DNA of 63,312 nucleotides, counting the filler, from Ministeria vibrans ATCC 50519 (Eukaryota > Protista > Filasterea): assembly GCA_943704425.1 (NCBI GenBank). It is 11 parts of 11 records of this genome, joined end to end, with 100 filler letters (N's around TTAATTAATTAA, not from the genome) between each part and the next. Parts side by side here need not be neighbours in the genome. Positions count along the whole stretch, not along the records: positions 1 to 17,908 come from CALSCP010000313.1; 10 more parts are not named here. The stretch is one strand, 5' to 3'. The notes under the pieces are model-generated. The model did no database searches and was not told the DNA's origin. It saw only the letters and a program-made list of their open reading frames with translations. The translations under genes and the position numbers were made by a program. Shown piece by piece: positions 1-11,589 of the stretch (positions within the stretch are counted from its first letter, which is position 1; every line of letters begins with the position of its first letter).

Positions 1-17
1 TTTTTTTTTGAGCTTAC

Positions 18-1519
18 GGCGTAATCGAGTTCTTTGGCAACGGACTTTCCGCGTTGGACGAGAGTCTGAAGGAGAGAGTCGGAGTCAAAGGTAGCGTACT
101 TGCGCAGAAAGGGTGTGTCGAGCAGCTGCTTGGCGGACTTGCGCTCGCTCGGTTCGAGACGGAGGCAGTCGGCAAGGAAAGAGTGGAATTCGTCGGACCA
201 CGCAGTGCGTTCCTATAGAGAATAATTATCAAAACAAATTTTTCTTTTCATCCTTTTCTTTGTGTATGTATATAATATGTATATATATATATGTTGTTGC
301 TTACGGTGAGCACTGGAGGATCGCTTTGGGGAATGTGGAAGAGAGCAGCCATGGCGTGCATGTGGAAAAGGGGCGGTTTGAGCTGAGCATACTCAATGCA
401 GGTGATGCCGAGCGACCAAATGTCGGCGCGCTCGTCGTACACGCCAGTCTCCATGGCCGTGATCACCTCGGGCGACATCCAGTAGGGAGTTCCCACAAAT
501 GTGTTTGTCTGACCCGTACTTGCAATGTTTGCCGAGGCACCAAAGTCCATAAGTTTGACACGACCCTCGTTCGAGATTAGCACATTGCCGCCCTTGATGT
601 CGCGGTGGACAATTTTCTTGCTATGTAAGAACTCGAGTGCTTCGACAATCTGACGCGCCACACATCCGATCTCCTGTTCGCTAAAGGGCTTCTTGACAAC
701 TTCGAGAATGTCGGTGGTGCTGCCTGCGCAACACTCCATGACGATCCAGAGGTGTCCGTCGCAGACGTGCGACGCCAACAACTCGACGACGTGCGCCGAG
801 GACACCTCCGCCATGATCCGCACTTCCTTGGCCATTTCCTCCCAGTCGTTGTCGTGTTTGCTGCAAAAGAAAGACGCAAAGCGTGAGACGAGCGAGAGAG
901 AGGAAAACAAGCGATTGGGTCGCAGGAGAAAGAGAGGAAGGGGAAATACGCAATGCAACGCGGCCACGGAGGGGTTTCAAGGATGGGGCAGGCTAATGGG
1001 ATGGAAGAGCCAACGGGGCGAGGGCGCAGGAGGCGGAAATGAGAGAGAGAACTTAGAGAAAGAAGAAAAAAAAAGATCTCCGCTCTTCCAAAAAAAGATG
1101 AGTGAGCCAAGAAGAGAATAGATGGGGCGATGGGGGATTGGATAGGGTGGAAGGGATGGCGGGGGCAATGGCACGGGTGCTCGGGGAAGGAGGAAAGCGG
1201 AGAGCGGGCAGGGGAGGGAGGAGGGGAGGGGAGAAGAAACGAAAAAGAAGGTGGAAAGGATCGGACACCTGTCGGGCAGAGGCATCTTCTTGATGGCGAC
1301 GATGCGGGCGAGCTTGGAGTCGGTCGCGCGGTAGACGGAGCCGGTGCCGCCATGGCCGATTTCGACGAGGTCGGTGTAGCGATCGAGCGGATTGCTTTTG
1401 GTGTCGAGGATGCCCTTGAGCGCCGCTGCGAGCGCTGCGGCCGCCCCGCCCTTGGCCTTGGTCGCTTTCGTCTTCACCGTCCCCATGGGCGACGTCGGTT
1501 TCGAACCAGGGCCGTGCAT
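18..1519 (-). CDS. STE20-family (TAO-like) Ser/Thr kinase, 5' part (3 exons visible, continues off-window)
   Basis: Spliced exons give EIGHGGTGSVY...VAIKKM, HRDIKGGNVL, DFG, FVGTPYWMSPEVITAMETGVYD..ADIWSLGITCIEYAQLKPPLFHMHAMAALFHIPQSDPP (TAO-like). GT-AG introns at about 862-1269 and 223-305. Confidence 0.85.
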
Positions 1520-1631
1520 CGGCGAAATAACAAGTTTGACTGAGAATTATTTGCACATGAATAATATTTGGTGTACTACCGTTTGTTTGTTTTTCTCTTC
1601 CCAGTAAAATACATCTCCCTTTCTTTGCACT

Positions 1632-3058
1632 ATGATACGTACTGTTCGAGGGCCTATTGAATGCTCGGCGGCAGGTCGGATTTTGCCGCACGAGCATTTG
1701 ATTGTGGACGCGACGCCATTGTTTGTTGCGCCTCCCTCGCACGCCCCGCAGGCGTCACTGGAGCAGCGCATATCGTTGCAGACTGCCGGCGACATCCGAA
1801 TGTACCCGTACAGCTCGGCGGACAACTTGCTTTTCGACAATGTCGCCGATGCGACGAGGGAGTTGGTGTGGTACGGCGCGTACGGCTCAACCATTGCCGA
1901 CGTGACGACGCACGGCATTGGCACGGGGTCGCCGCATCGCAAACGCAGCCTGGAGCCTTTAGTGCATCTCTCTGAGGCGACTGGAGTACACATTGTTGCA
2001 GGTGAGGACTCTTCTTTCTATCATTGTGTGATTGTTTACCATTATGGACATTGGTTCTCAGGAGCCTCTTTGTGCTGTCGCTCTCCTGTTTGTGTCTGAT
2101 AATACATTGGAATTGTGTTCTTCTTCTAATCATAAGTTTAATATTATTATTATTTTGTTCTTCTGTTGTAGGCGCAGGATATTATGTTGACTCAACACAC
2201 ACGGATACGTTGCGGCACAGCAGTGTTGAAAGTATCACACAGATGATTGTTGAAGAGGTCGAACCTTCTAGTACGGATGCTTCTCCACGCTGTGGCCTCA
2301 TTGGCGAGTTGGGCACGTCCAAGACAGTGACGGAGAGTGAGCGCAAGGTGCTTGTTGCTTCATGTGAGGCACAGCGCCAGACTGGTGCGCCCATCATGGT
2401 GCATCCCGGTCGTTCGGCGACTGTTGTCTTAGACATTGTGCGCATTCTTGAGGAGGCAGGTGCAGACATGTCACGAGTTGCCATGTGTCATTTGGATCGG
2501 ACGCTGTTCACTCTAGACGAGTGGGCGGCTGTCGAGGATACGACCCTTGGCTACCTCGAATTGGATCTTTTTGGCAACGAAGTGTCGTACTATCAGCAAA
2601 ATGAGGTGTGTGTGTGTGTGTGTGTGTGTGTGGGGGGGGNNNNNNNNNNNNNNNNNNNNNNNNNNNNNNNNNNNNNNNNNNNNNNNNNNNGGGGGGGGTA
2701 CAAATAAATCAATAGATGGAGAGAGAGAAGGAGGAGGGAGAAAGAAACAAAGCGATAGAGAGAGGAGGGAGAAAGGATTAAAGAATATCAGCTGACACAA
2801 GAATTAAAGGAACGGTATATGGTGTCGGACGAGGAGCGCATTCGAACCGTTTTGCGCCTACTAGCCAGCGGTCAGGGCGAGCGCATTCTGCTGTCGCACG
2901 ACATACACACCAAGCACCGTTTTGCGGCGTACGGCGGACATGGACTCACGCACCTCTTCCGCGATGTGCTCCCTCGCATGCGCACACGAGGAGTCACCGA
3001 GGAGCACATTACGCTCATGACCGAAACCAATCCACAGAGATTCCTCTCATTTAAATAA
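1632..3058 (+). CDS. PTER: Phosphotriesterase-related protein (amidohydrolase), 3 exons
   Basis: IRTVRGPI..PHEHL, GVHIVAGAGYY, GLIGELG, IMVHPGR, MCHLDR, ILLSHDIHTKHR..YGGHG, NPQRFL motifs; intron 2 contains an N gap. Confidence 0.9.
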
Positions 3059-3087
3059 TAATAATAACAACAGCAGTGTATTTCGCA

Positions 3088-5977
3088 TCAGACCTCAGTC
3101 TCGGAGTCAAGGGGACGGAATGTGGTGGTGGGGACGGGGTTGGGGGTGCGGCCGGGCAGAGGCTGGCGCAGCGCCCGCTCAGCGTCGTCCTCGGGGGGCG
3201 CCACCGACGACCACCACGCGAAGAACTCATCGCGTCCAATCACCCCAGAGTCATCCTAAGGAGGAGAGAGATAGAGAAAGAAGAACAGAGGAGCGAGAAA
3301 GAAATTAGTAATGGGGAAAAAAGGAGGGAGGGAAAAAAGGGAGGGAGAAAGCGAAAGGGAGAGAGAGTATAAATGTGATAGAGAATAAATGTGATAGAGA
3401 GGGTCAAGCAAAAACAGTTGATTCAATAGTTTGCGTCACTCATTGAAATGTGTTGTTACCGTGTCGATTCGATCGAATATTTCGTAGATCTCATCCAAAT
3501 CGCTAAAATTGACACCACGGATGCCATGACTACCATCACTCGACTGCACATTGAAAGAGAGAGAGTGTGTGTGAAAGAGAGAAATGAGCGATGAAGTTGG
3601 GGGGCGGAGAATAGAAGAACATAGTCGGGGCCACACATTAAGTAGTGCGTGTCAATTTCGCACTTACTTCACTCAAGTCAAAACAGAGGGCAGCAAACTC
3701 CTCCCGATCCAAACTCCCACTACACAATACTCAACATAATTATTCTACAGAGGTTTTTACTATGAATTCTTTACCTCCCATCTTCATCAAACTTATCAAA
3801 AGCAAGTGATACATGCAACTCACGGCGACTAAATGACCCATCGCCACTAAATAGAAAATACATCAACACACACACACACACAATAGCAACAAAAACTCTC
3901 GACAAACAAACCCCCTTTCCCTTCCTCCCCTTCTTTTCATTCCCCTCCATCTCGTTGAAACCCTAACCCTAAATGACCACCAGGCTTCTGTGCTTACTCG
4001 ACATCCAACATCTGAAAGCGCGCTCGAATGCGCTCCAGCTGGTCCTGGTCCACTTTGCCCATACGCAGGAGCGACATCAGCACAAACTCATGTTCGTCAA
4101 TCAGTCCATCTGAGAGAGAGAAAAAAAGAGCCAAAAAAAGGCACTCTCAATCAATGTAGTTGTTTTTTCAATTCCCTGATTGGAATGTGTACCGTCATTT
4201 CCCAATGCCTGTATACAATGACGTATTATTTGTATGTGTTAGTCGTTATTTGCTGTGTGCTTGCGTTCTTTTCTGTACCTGTGCAAATTCAAATTCCTGT
4301 TTTGTGATTGTTTGAGAGATTTGATCGCGAAACTTTTGACGCTCCTATAAATACAAAAATGGGAAGACGCATATATTATTATGATTAGTATCAAAACAAG
4401 GGAGAGAAGGTAGAAAACCTGTCGTTCGACCAAAGCACCCGCCATATTACCAAGCACAAAGGCATATCTAGAGAGAGAATAAAGAAGAGAGAGAAAGATT
4501 GAGAGAGAAGGGAGACAGAAAAAAAGTAAGAAAAATTGAAAAGAGTGAAAAGAGTGAAAAGAGTGAAAAGAGTGAAAAGAGTGAAGAGAGGGAAATAAAA
4601 GAGAGGAGGGAGAAAGAAACAAAGTGAGAGAAAAGTGTGTGTGTATGTGTGCGTTGTGTGTACTTACACTGGCACTCCCGTCAGCACATAAAACCCAGTA
4701 AACCACATTGCAGGTGTTGTTGAACTTACTCCTAAACCACACAATGCAACACAAAATATAAGGCAATGACACTTACTCAACTCTTCTTACCAATGAGTCC
4801 TCCGGTTGACAGTGCTGCAGTGGCAAACAACAGTGCCCGCCAGAATGTGTAGTCCTCGTAGACCATTCCAAACACAACTCCCGCAACAATCCAAATCAAA
4901 AACAAAAAGAAACTCTAAAAAGAAACGATCATCATCGTAATGACGTTCCCTTTTGTGTCGTGTTGTTCGTACCACCAGAAACATTTTATACTTCTTGACA
5001 AACACACCCGTGTTGAGTGCGCACATGAAAAATGCATAGCGACTGCGACTGCCCTTCTTCTTCATTTCAAGGCGCTTGACCTCTTTGAGGCGCAGCTCTT
5101 TCAATTCGTCCTTGTAGTAGGCATCTTGCTTCTCCATTCTACACAAAGTGGTGAGACACGCGATCACACGGTATCTTTCTCCGCATACAGAGAGGAGACA
5201 AACAGCGCAAGAGCAGCACCTGACGTAGAACAATGGATTAGAGAGGTCACACACACTCTCTCTCTCTCCCAGCCCTACCGACAAAGCTTGAGCCCAGCAA
5301 AACAAAGACAGTCGTGAAAAACATGACTCCATCCGACAGACTCAAGTCCGACAGGTTGTACGTAGCGATTCCAAATCCAACAGAGAGACCAGACTGCGCA
5401 GCAAAGTAAAACGCGGCGCTGACAGGCCCTACAGAGAGAGAGAGAGAGAGAGAGTGAGTGAGTGAGTGAGAGAGAGAGAGAGAGTGGAGGGACAAAGAAA
5501 CAAAGTGATAGAGAGAGAGTGGAGGGAGAAAGAAACAAAGTGATAGAGAGAGAAAGTGGAGGGAGAAAGAAACAAAGTGATAGAGAGAGAGAGAGGAGGG
5601 AGAAAGAAACAAAGTGAAACAAAGAGTTCAAAATGAGTTCGAATGCACATTTGACGTACAGTCCAGTGCGACGCCATAGAAAATGCAACCGCCTAGGAGC
5701 CAGGCACAGACAATGACAATGCCCCAGAGCTGCCAGCTAGTCTTTGCGTCGTTGCTGTAACGAGGAGGGACGAGTCAGCCGGTCAGGACGGACGGGACAA
5801 GAGGGAGGGTCTTTACAATCGTTTCTTGAGTCGCTTTCGAAACAGCGCCGATCGGACATCTTCGGCAGTAGACACGTGGCTGCCAGGTCGACCGACAGTA
5901 GATGACTTGCGTTCTAGGGGGATTTGCTCGCCTGTGGCGCTCGCATCGAGAGCAGCAGACGATTCTCTCATTGGCAT
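3088..5977 (-). CDS. 4TM/two-pore K+ channel-like protein (TPK/K2P-like) with four C-terminal EF-hands, about 14 exons
   Basis: Manual splicing: TM1, pore 1 AFYFAAQSGLSVGFG, TM2, TM3, pore 2 ALLFATAALSTGGLIG, TM4 FTGFYVLTGVP, then EF loops GNDDGLIDEHEF, DVDGDGSFSRRE, DEDGSGSLDREE, DTDDSGVIGRDE. All junctions GT-AG and in phase. Confidence 0.8.
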
Positions 5978-6307
5978 TTATTTTCAAATAGATTGAAAGA
6001 AAACCGCGATCGAGTCAGACGGGAACAAGACTGTGAGACGCCGTGACGCCGTGATAGAGAGGGGATTAGCGATTGATCGTAGAAACGCAAATGAATTAAT
6101 GAAATGTTTAGTAATTTAGTACCGTCATTTTGAACGTCATTAATTTGAATAACAGCAGATAAACAGCTCATTTAATTCTTCGTTTTGAGTTGCGTCACTT
6201 CACACACATACGCACACCGGCTCAGCTTCTCGTTACAGCCGTGCCTCCTTCTCACCCACCCAGCCGTCCAAGCGTCGCGTCGTTGTCCGTTTTCATCCGT
6301 TTGGCCC

Positions 6308-7988
6308 ATGGCGGCGAATTTCGTTGGCCGTCGAGTTCGCTGCTCACTCGCCGGAGGCAGCGTCGTTGAGGGTGTCGTCAATCACGTAGACACCGCAACC
6401 CAGTCGTTGCTTCTCAGCTCGGGTATGGCAGCCGAGCGAGCAACAGCCGCAAAAGTCGATCGCTTATTCTCACGATTGTTCTCTTCTTTTTTTTTTTTTG
6501 TTCCTTTTGTTCATTGACAGCCGTTCGAAACGGCACCCCCGTCAACGCCCATACGCTGACCGTCACTGGATCATCTATTGCTGACCTGACCCTTGTGGAC
6601 ACACCACCGCCGCTGGTTTCGCCTCCTCCTCCTCCTCCTGTACATATCCCATCGCATCCTGTCTCAGTAGCACCCTCCCCGGCACCCCACGACGCAGCCA
6701 TTGTCTCGGCACTCCGTCGCCAAGAGAACCAGCTCGGTGGCGGCGGCGGCGGCGGTGGTGGTGGTGCGCGAACGTTGACCAGTGTGCCACAAGCGGCTGG
6801 CAAGAAGACCAAGAAACATCCTTATGCACCGACGACGACAACAGCACTGACGGGAACCTTTTCAACGGCCACCACCGACGATTGTTTTAGTCAAGACTTT
6901 GACTTTGCCGCCAACTTGGCACTGTTCGACAAGAAGCAAGTGTTTGCCGAGATTGAAACGCAAACCAATGGCTCCCTGACGGGCGAGATGACACTCGTTG
7001 AGGCCAATCGACGGCGCGACGCCCCAAAGAAGCTCCGTCCCGACGAAATGGTCCTTGCAGCACCCCAATCCGTTGCAGGTCTTGTTGCAACAACTATCGT
7101 CACCACGCCGACGACGACGACGACGATGGGTGCACTTGTCAACGAGTGCGGTCTGAGCGTACCCTGCGTTGACGACAGTGATGTTACCCGTCTCATGCGT
7201 GATTGCTCACTACCCTTGCTGTTGCTCAAGGAGAACCTCGCGCGCAGTCTGTCGTCCATGGTGATTCGTCTGGTGGGCGGTAGCCGTCGCATCAACCTGA
7301 AAAACTTCCAGCAAATCCCCTATGTTGCCTTTTGTGTGGGTGCCACAGGACTGGCGAGTTGTGCCGCCGTAGCTGCCGCACGCCACCTCGCAAATCACTA
7401 TGTCAAGACGAGCGTTTCTGTCGTTAATGGTGATCCTCAAGTATGAAAACAAAAAGAAGAAGTTTTCGTTCTCAGTATTGTTGTTTTTTTTTTTTTGTTT
7501 GCTTGTTTTGTTTTTTTTTTCTCTGACAGCCTGACCTTGTGGAGCAACTTGAGTGGTACAGGCAAATTGGCAGTGCGGTGGTGCACACGGGAGCGACCAT
7601 GAATGTAGCGCGGGATACGAACAGTGCTCATCAGGGTGCACCCGTAGACCTCATTGTTGACGTGCTCTTTGGTGTGCCCACAACACCCGCTGTGACCAGT
7701 ACCATTGCGTGGATTAATGCGGAGCGAGCGCCCGTTGTGTCGCTTGGTGCTCCCGGTGGACGTGCGCACGGACACCAGCAGCATCAATTGCATGAGGTTG
7801 ACAGCAAGTGGATTCTTGCGTATGCACTGCCCACTCTCTCGCTCTTCCCCACTGCCTCAGCCGCTCTCTTTCTTGCTGACGTCGGTATTCCCGCTGCTGA
7901 CATTGCTCGCATTCTTCCCTCAATTGTCTACCACCCTCCCTTTGCCGACAAGTTTGTCGAACCACTCTCCCTCCAACAGCGACTCTAG
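6308..7988 (+). CDS. EDC3: Enhancer of mRNA decapping 3 (LSm + FDF + YjeF_N), 3 exons
   Basis: N-terminal LSm-like MAANFVGRRVRC..VEGVV, FDF motif DFDFAANLALFDKKQVF, YjeF_N with AARHLANH, PVDLIVD, LFLADVGIP. Confidence 0.9.
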
Positions 7989-8238
7989 GTTTTCCTTCTA
8001 TTTTCACGCGAACAACCAAACGTCCAAAACTTACTTACCTGCAACTACACAACCCCAAAACAACCCCTACATTCCAACACACCCCCGGTGTCTCTCGACG
8101 CCATCACACCTTGCGATTAAGATGATACTGTCTCTTTGTTGATTGGGAATGGGAATCTCGGAGGAGTGCACGTCTAGAAATTACATGAGTTTGGGACCGG
8201 TCATCGGTCGAATGTACGGGGGGGGTGGGGGNNNNNNN

Positions 8239-8316
8239 CGGGGAATCGAACCCCGGTCTTCCACGCACTGTTACAGAAGTGACAGGCGGAGATACTAACC
8301 ACTATACTACCAGAGA
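8239..8316 (-). tRNA. tRNA-Asp(GTC) with 14-nt intron; 3' acceptor strand lost in N gap
   Basis: Reverse strand TCTCTGGTAGTATAGTGGTTAGTATCTCCGCCTGTCA[CTTCTGTAACAGTG]CGTGGAAGACCGGGGTTCGATTCCCCG: A box, anticodon stem TCCGC/GTGGA, GTC anticodon, B box GGTTCGATTCC. Confidence 0.9.
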
Positions 8317-8549
8317 AAATTACTCACTGAAGAGACTTAGGCTTATTTTGATATATAACCCTATTTTCGTATTTTCAATTGAAATAACCCTTGTGCATTC
8401 ACACGCTGTATGTCTGCTAAATTGACAAGTGAAATAACATATCAGTTACTAGTGCTACACTGAGTATTGTGTCCTATCTATGAATTATTCATCGATTTTT
8501 GTAAAAAAAAAAAAAAAAAATTAATTAAAGCAGGAAACTCAAATTTGGC

Positions 8550-10544
8550 ATGACTTCGAGCTGCATCGACTTCCTGCGTGCCGCGGCAAGCCAAGCCAAT
8601 GCCGTCGCGCTTCCCATCACGGCCGCTTTTTGGGCCGACAAAATTGTCGTTCTCACTTCTTCGTCAAATTCAGAGGGTGACGCGGTCGCCTCGTCGTCCA
8701 TCAACGATGTGCTCTTTTTGTGTGAGGCGTACGTGCGGCAAGGATTCGAGACGCGAGCGGTGAATATTCTGGAGAACCATCCAAGAGCGTTTGAATCTTC
8801 GCGCGGTCGTCTGCTTGCCGCCCGCTGCTACCGGGCCGTCGACGACCTCGCCCGTGTGTCGGAACTGCTCGATCTTGCCGACGAGGAGGACGACGAGGAC
8901 TTTGAGGACTTTGACATGGCCACACCGCAGCGGACGGCCGCGGCGTCCACTGCCGTCGACTCGTCCAACGATCCCTATTTACAAAGCTCCGTGAACATTT
9001 CTTCAAGTATGGTGACTGCTGCACGATACGTTCTGCGCGGTCGTGTGTGTCTTGCTCAAGAGAATCGGTATTGACGCTGCCAGACACGCTTAGTTGAGAA
9101 TGATTGTGCTTGTATCTCTTTTGTAGACAACGCGCCTCGGCTGCGTTCCAGCAGGCGATTCTGGCCGACGTGCGCTGTGCCGAGGCGGTTGAGATGCTCT
9201 TTCGACACCATATGCTGACTGAGGCGGGCGAGCAAGAGCTTCTTGTAAACTTGCCCATTGAGACGCAGTGCGGCGCGGGGCTCGAGGCAGACGTCGTGCG
9301 CTTTCTCTATCGCACCATGTCGTGTAAGGCGGGCCACGGTGTGCAGATGAGCCTGCCAAAAGCGCCTCTTGATGCACTCACGTCCACTGCGGAAGTCCAG
9401 CTGGCCGAAGCGGAGCTGCTCTTCCATGCGTGTCACTTTGAAGAGGCACTCGTAGTGGAGCATCAGTTGCTGCAGCGCGACCCATTCAACCTCGCCGCTG
9501 TACCCATTTTCTTTTCGACGCTGTACGAGCTGAAGCGCAGCAACGAGATGTTTCTTGAAGCGCACCGTCTGGTCAAGGCGTTTCCCGACGCAGCCACCAC
9601 CTGGTTTGCCGTCGGCTCGTACTACCTGTGCATTGGCTCGCCAAGCGCCGCCCGCCGCTTCTTCCTCAAGGCCACGACGCTCGACAAGAGCTTTGCACCC
9701 GCCTGGCTCGGCTACGGCCACTCGTTTAGCCTCGAGGGCGAGCACGACCAGGCCACCGCCGCCTATTGCACCGCCGCGCGGCTCTCGCAGGGCTCCCACA
9801 TCCCGCTTCTTTGCATCGCCGTCGAGTATGTTCAGTCTGCCAATTTCCCTCTCGGTGCAAAGTACTTTGAACAGGCGCTGGTCCTGTCGCCAGCCGATCC
9901 CCTCGTTCATCACCAGTACGGCGTGTACCACTACACGGCTAAGGTAAGAAAGAACAAGGAAATGGAAAAAAGAATCACCGCCTAGACACTTTGCACAGGA
10001 GTACACACTTGCATTCTCGTCGTTTGCAACGTCAATTGAGCTGACGCGCAGTCGCACCGCCAAAGTACACGGCACAGCGCCACCCGCGCCACTCACGCCG
10101 ACCCCTGCAACCCTCGACACCAAGACCAACGCAGACACAGACACGCTTGTCCCGTTCGCTGCTGCCCTTGCCGCTCTGCCCTCTCTCCTCCCCGACAACT
10201 GTGAACCATCCCTCGTCAATCTGGGTCATTGTTTGCGCAAGCACAGACACTTCCGCTCTGCCCTTGCCGTCTACAGCCATGCCCTCGAGATTCGTCCTGC
10301 CGCTCACTTCACGCTTGTTGCCATGGGCTACACTTGTACGGCCAAAAGATAGTGCACACACACTCACACTCACTCAATGCCTTACACCACTTGCACAGAC
10401 TTGCTGTCGGGCCAGTTTGACAAGGCAATTGTGACGCTGCACCGTGCACTCAGCATTGACGGCGACAATGCTTTTGCTTCCAAACTGCTTTCCGAGTCGC
10501 TTGAAATGGCCGATCGCGATGTCTCGTGGATCGACGAAGTGTAA
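8550..10544 (+). CDS. CDC16: Anaphase-promoting complex subunit 6 (CDC16/Cut9), TPR protein, 4 exons
   Basis: AAFWADK N-terminus, WFAVGSYY..ARRFFLKATTLD..FAPAWLGYGHSFSLEGEHDQATAAY..AARL..GSHIPLL, EPSLVNLGHCLRK. Confidence 0.9.
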
Positions 10545-10671
10545 AATCCAACAACAACAAAAAAGAACAGAGAGCGCTCCTGTGTAAATAAAAAATAAAG
10601 TCGCGCTCGACAGTCTTGTGGATTCGGTTTGATGAATGAAAAGAACTGCATAGTCTCAATAGTCCGATTAG

Positions 10672-11070
10672 TTACATGACAGAGCACCATGCCCAAGAGG
10701 CGTCCTCGCCAACTTCCTCCTCCTCCTCCTCCGCCACCTTGGCAGGACTCGATGGAGCTGATGTGCGCTTAGGCGATGTCGATGGTGTGGGTACCTTCGT
10801 TGCCGGAGCTGCAACCTTTCTCGTGCGCGCAGGAGACTTGGACCGGGCTGGTGAGGCAGCGCGAGCAGGAGACTTGGACCGGGCTGGTGAGGCAGCACGA
10901 GCAGGAGACTTGGACCGGGCTGGTGAGGCAGCACGAGCAGGAGACTTGGATCGAGCTGGTGAGGCAGCACGAGCAGGAGACTTGGACCGGGCTGGAGATG
11001 CCGCAGTGGAACGGGCGGGAGACTTGGAGCGAGCTGGAGACTGGCTTCGAGCAGGACTTTTGGATCCCAT
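10672..11070 (-). CDS. Small basic SPAR-repeat protein with acidic patch and C-terminal CaaX (CSVM); start uncertain
   Basis: ORF MGSKSPARSQSPARSKSPAR...(AASPARSKSPAR)x4-5...EEEEEE..WAWCSVM*. Repeat units differ largely at synonymous positions. Confidence 0.7.
   Translation of the reverse strand: MGSKSPARSQSPARSKSPARSTAASPARSKSPARAASPARSKSPARAASPARSKSPARAASPARSKSPARAASPARSKSPARTRKVAAPATKVPTPSTSPKRTSAPSSPAKVAEEEEEEVGEDASWAWCSVM
10829..10998. repeat. 36-bp coding tandem repeat (about 4.5 units)
   Basis: GCAGGAGACTTGGACCGGGCTGGTGAGGCAGCACGA repeated. Confidence 0.9.
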
Positions 11071-11589
11071 GCCGCCCAATGAAGTGCTAGTACGTGGAGC
11101 ATGGCGAGCAGAACTGCGGGTGACCCGTTCGCTCACTACACGAAATGTTTTCAAAGGTGAGAAATTTTCAAATTTTCGCTTTTAAATATTTTCTGACTCG
11201 TTGAAATATTATCGGGTAGAGCCGGCCGTTGGTGACTACAAAACAATTTTTAGGCTCACAGATCGATCTCAGAAGGTGACGGTGAGCTGTGACGCAAAGA
11301 GAGATCAGAGAAATGTGATCATTCTCATCATTGTGATGGTAAGTTATCGAAACCTGACTAACGTGTGACTAACGACTAACTGATCACAAGGAACCCCCTC
11401 TGAAGTCTGAAGGCCTGAACTCGGCTTGAAGAGACTGATCATTTTCTCGAGTTTAAGCCAGTAGGCCTAGTGAGTAGGGCGACTGGGTCCCTGGATACTG
11501 ACTTTTTCCTTTTCCTTTCTGATCGGGAGATATTCTCTCTCACAGTCTCACCACTCACCACTCACCAGTCCACTTACACATTTCCCCAC

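Noticed and set aside
1250-1269. Donor GTGTCCGATCCTTT resembling the U12 5' splice site
   Set aside because: Does not match GTATCCTT at +1 to +8 and no U12 branch consensus near the acceptor; treated as an ordinary GT-AG intron.
4537-4590. 9-bp tandem repeat (TGAAAAGAG)x6
   Set aside because: Local intronic minisatellite seen only once; no further structure.
10829-10998. 36-bp repeats (and motif A arrays) as a CRISPR-like array
   Set aside because: No unique spacers, eukaryotic context, no cas genes.
10676-11185. Plus-strand AGDLDRAGEAAR repeat ORF
   Set aside because: Probably the antisense shadow of the SPAR-repeat gene, whose frame shows synonymous variation and a meaningful C-terminus; not formally excluded.
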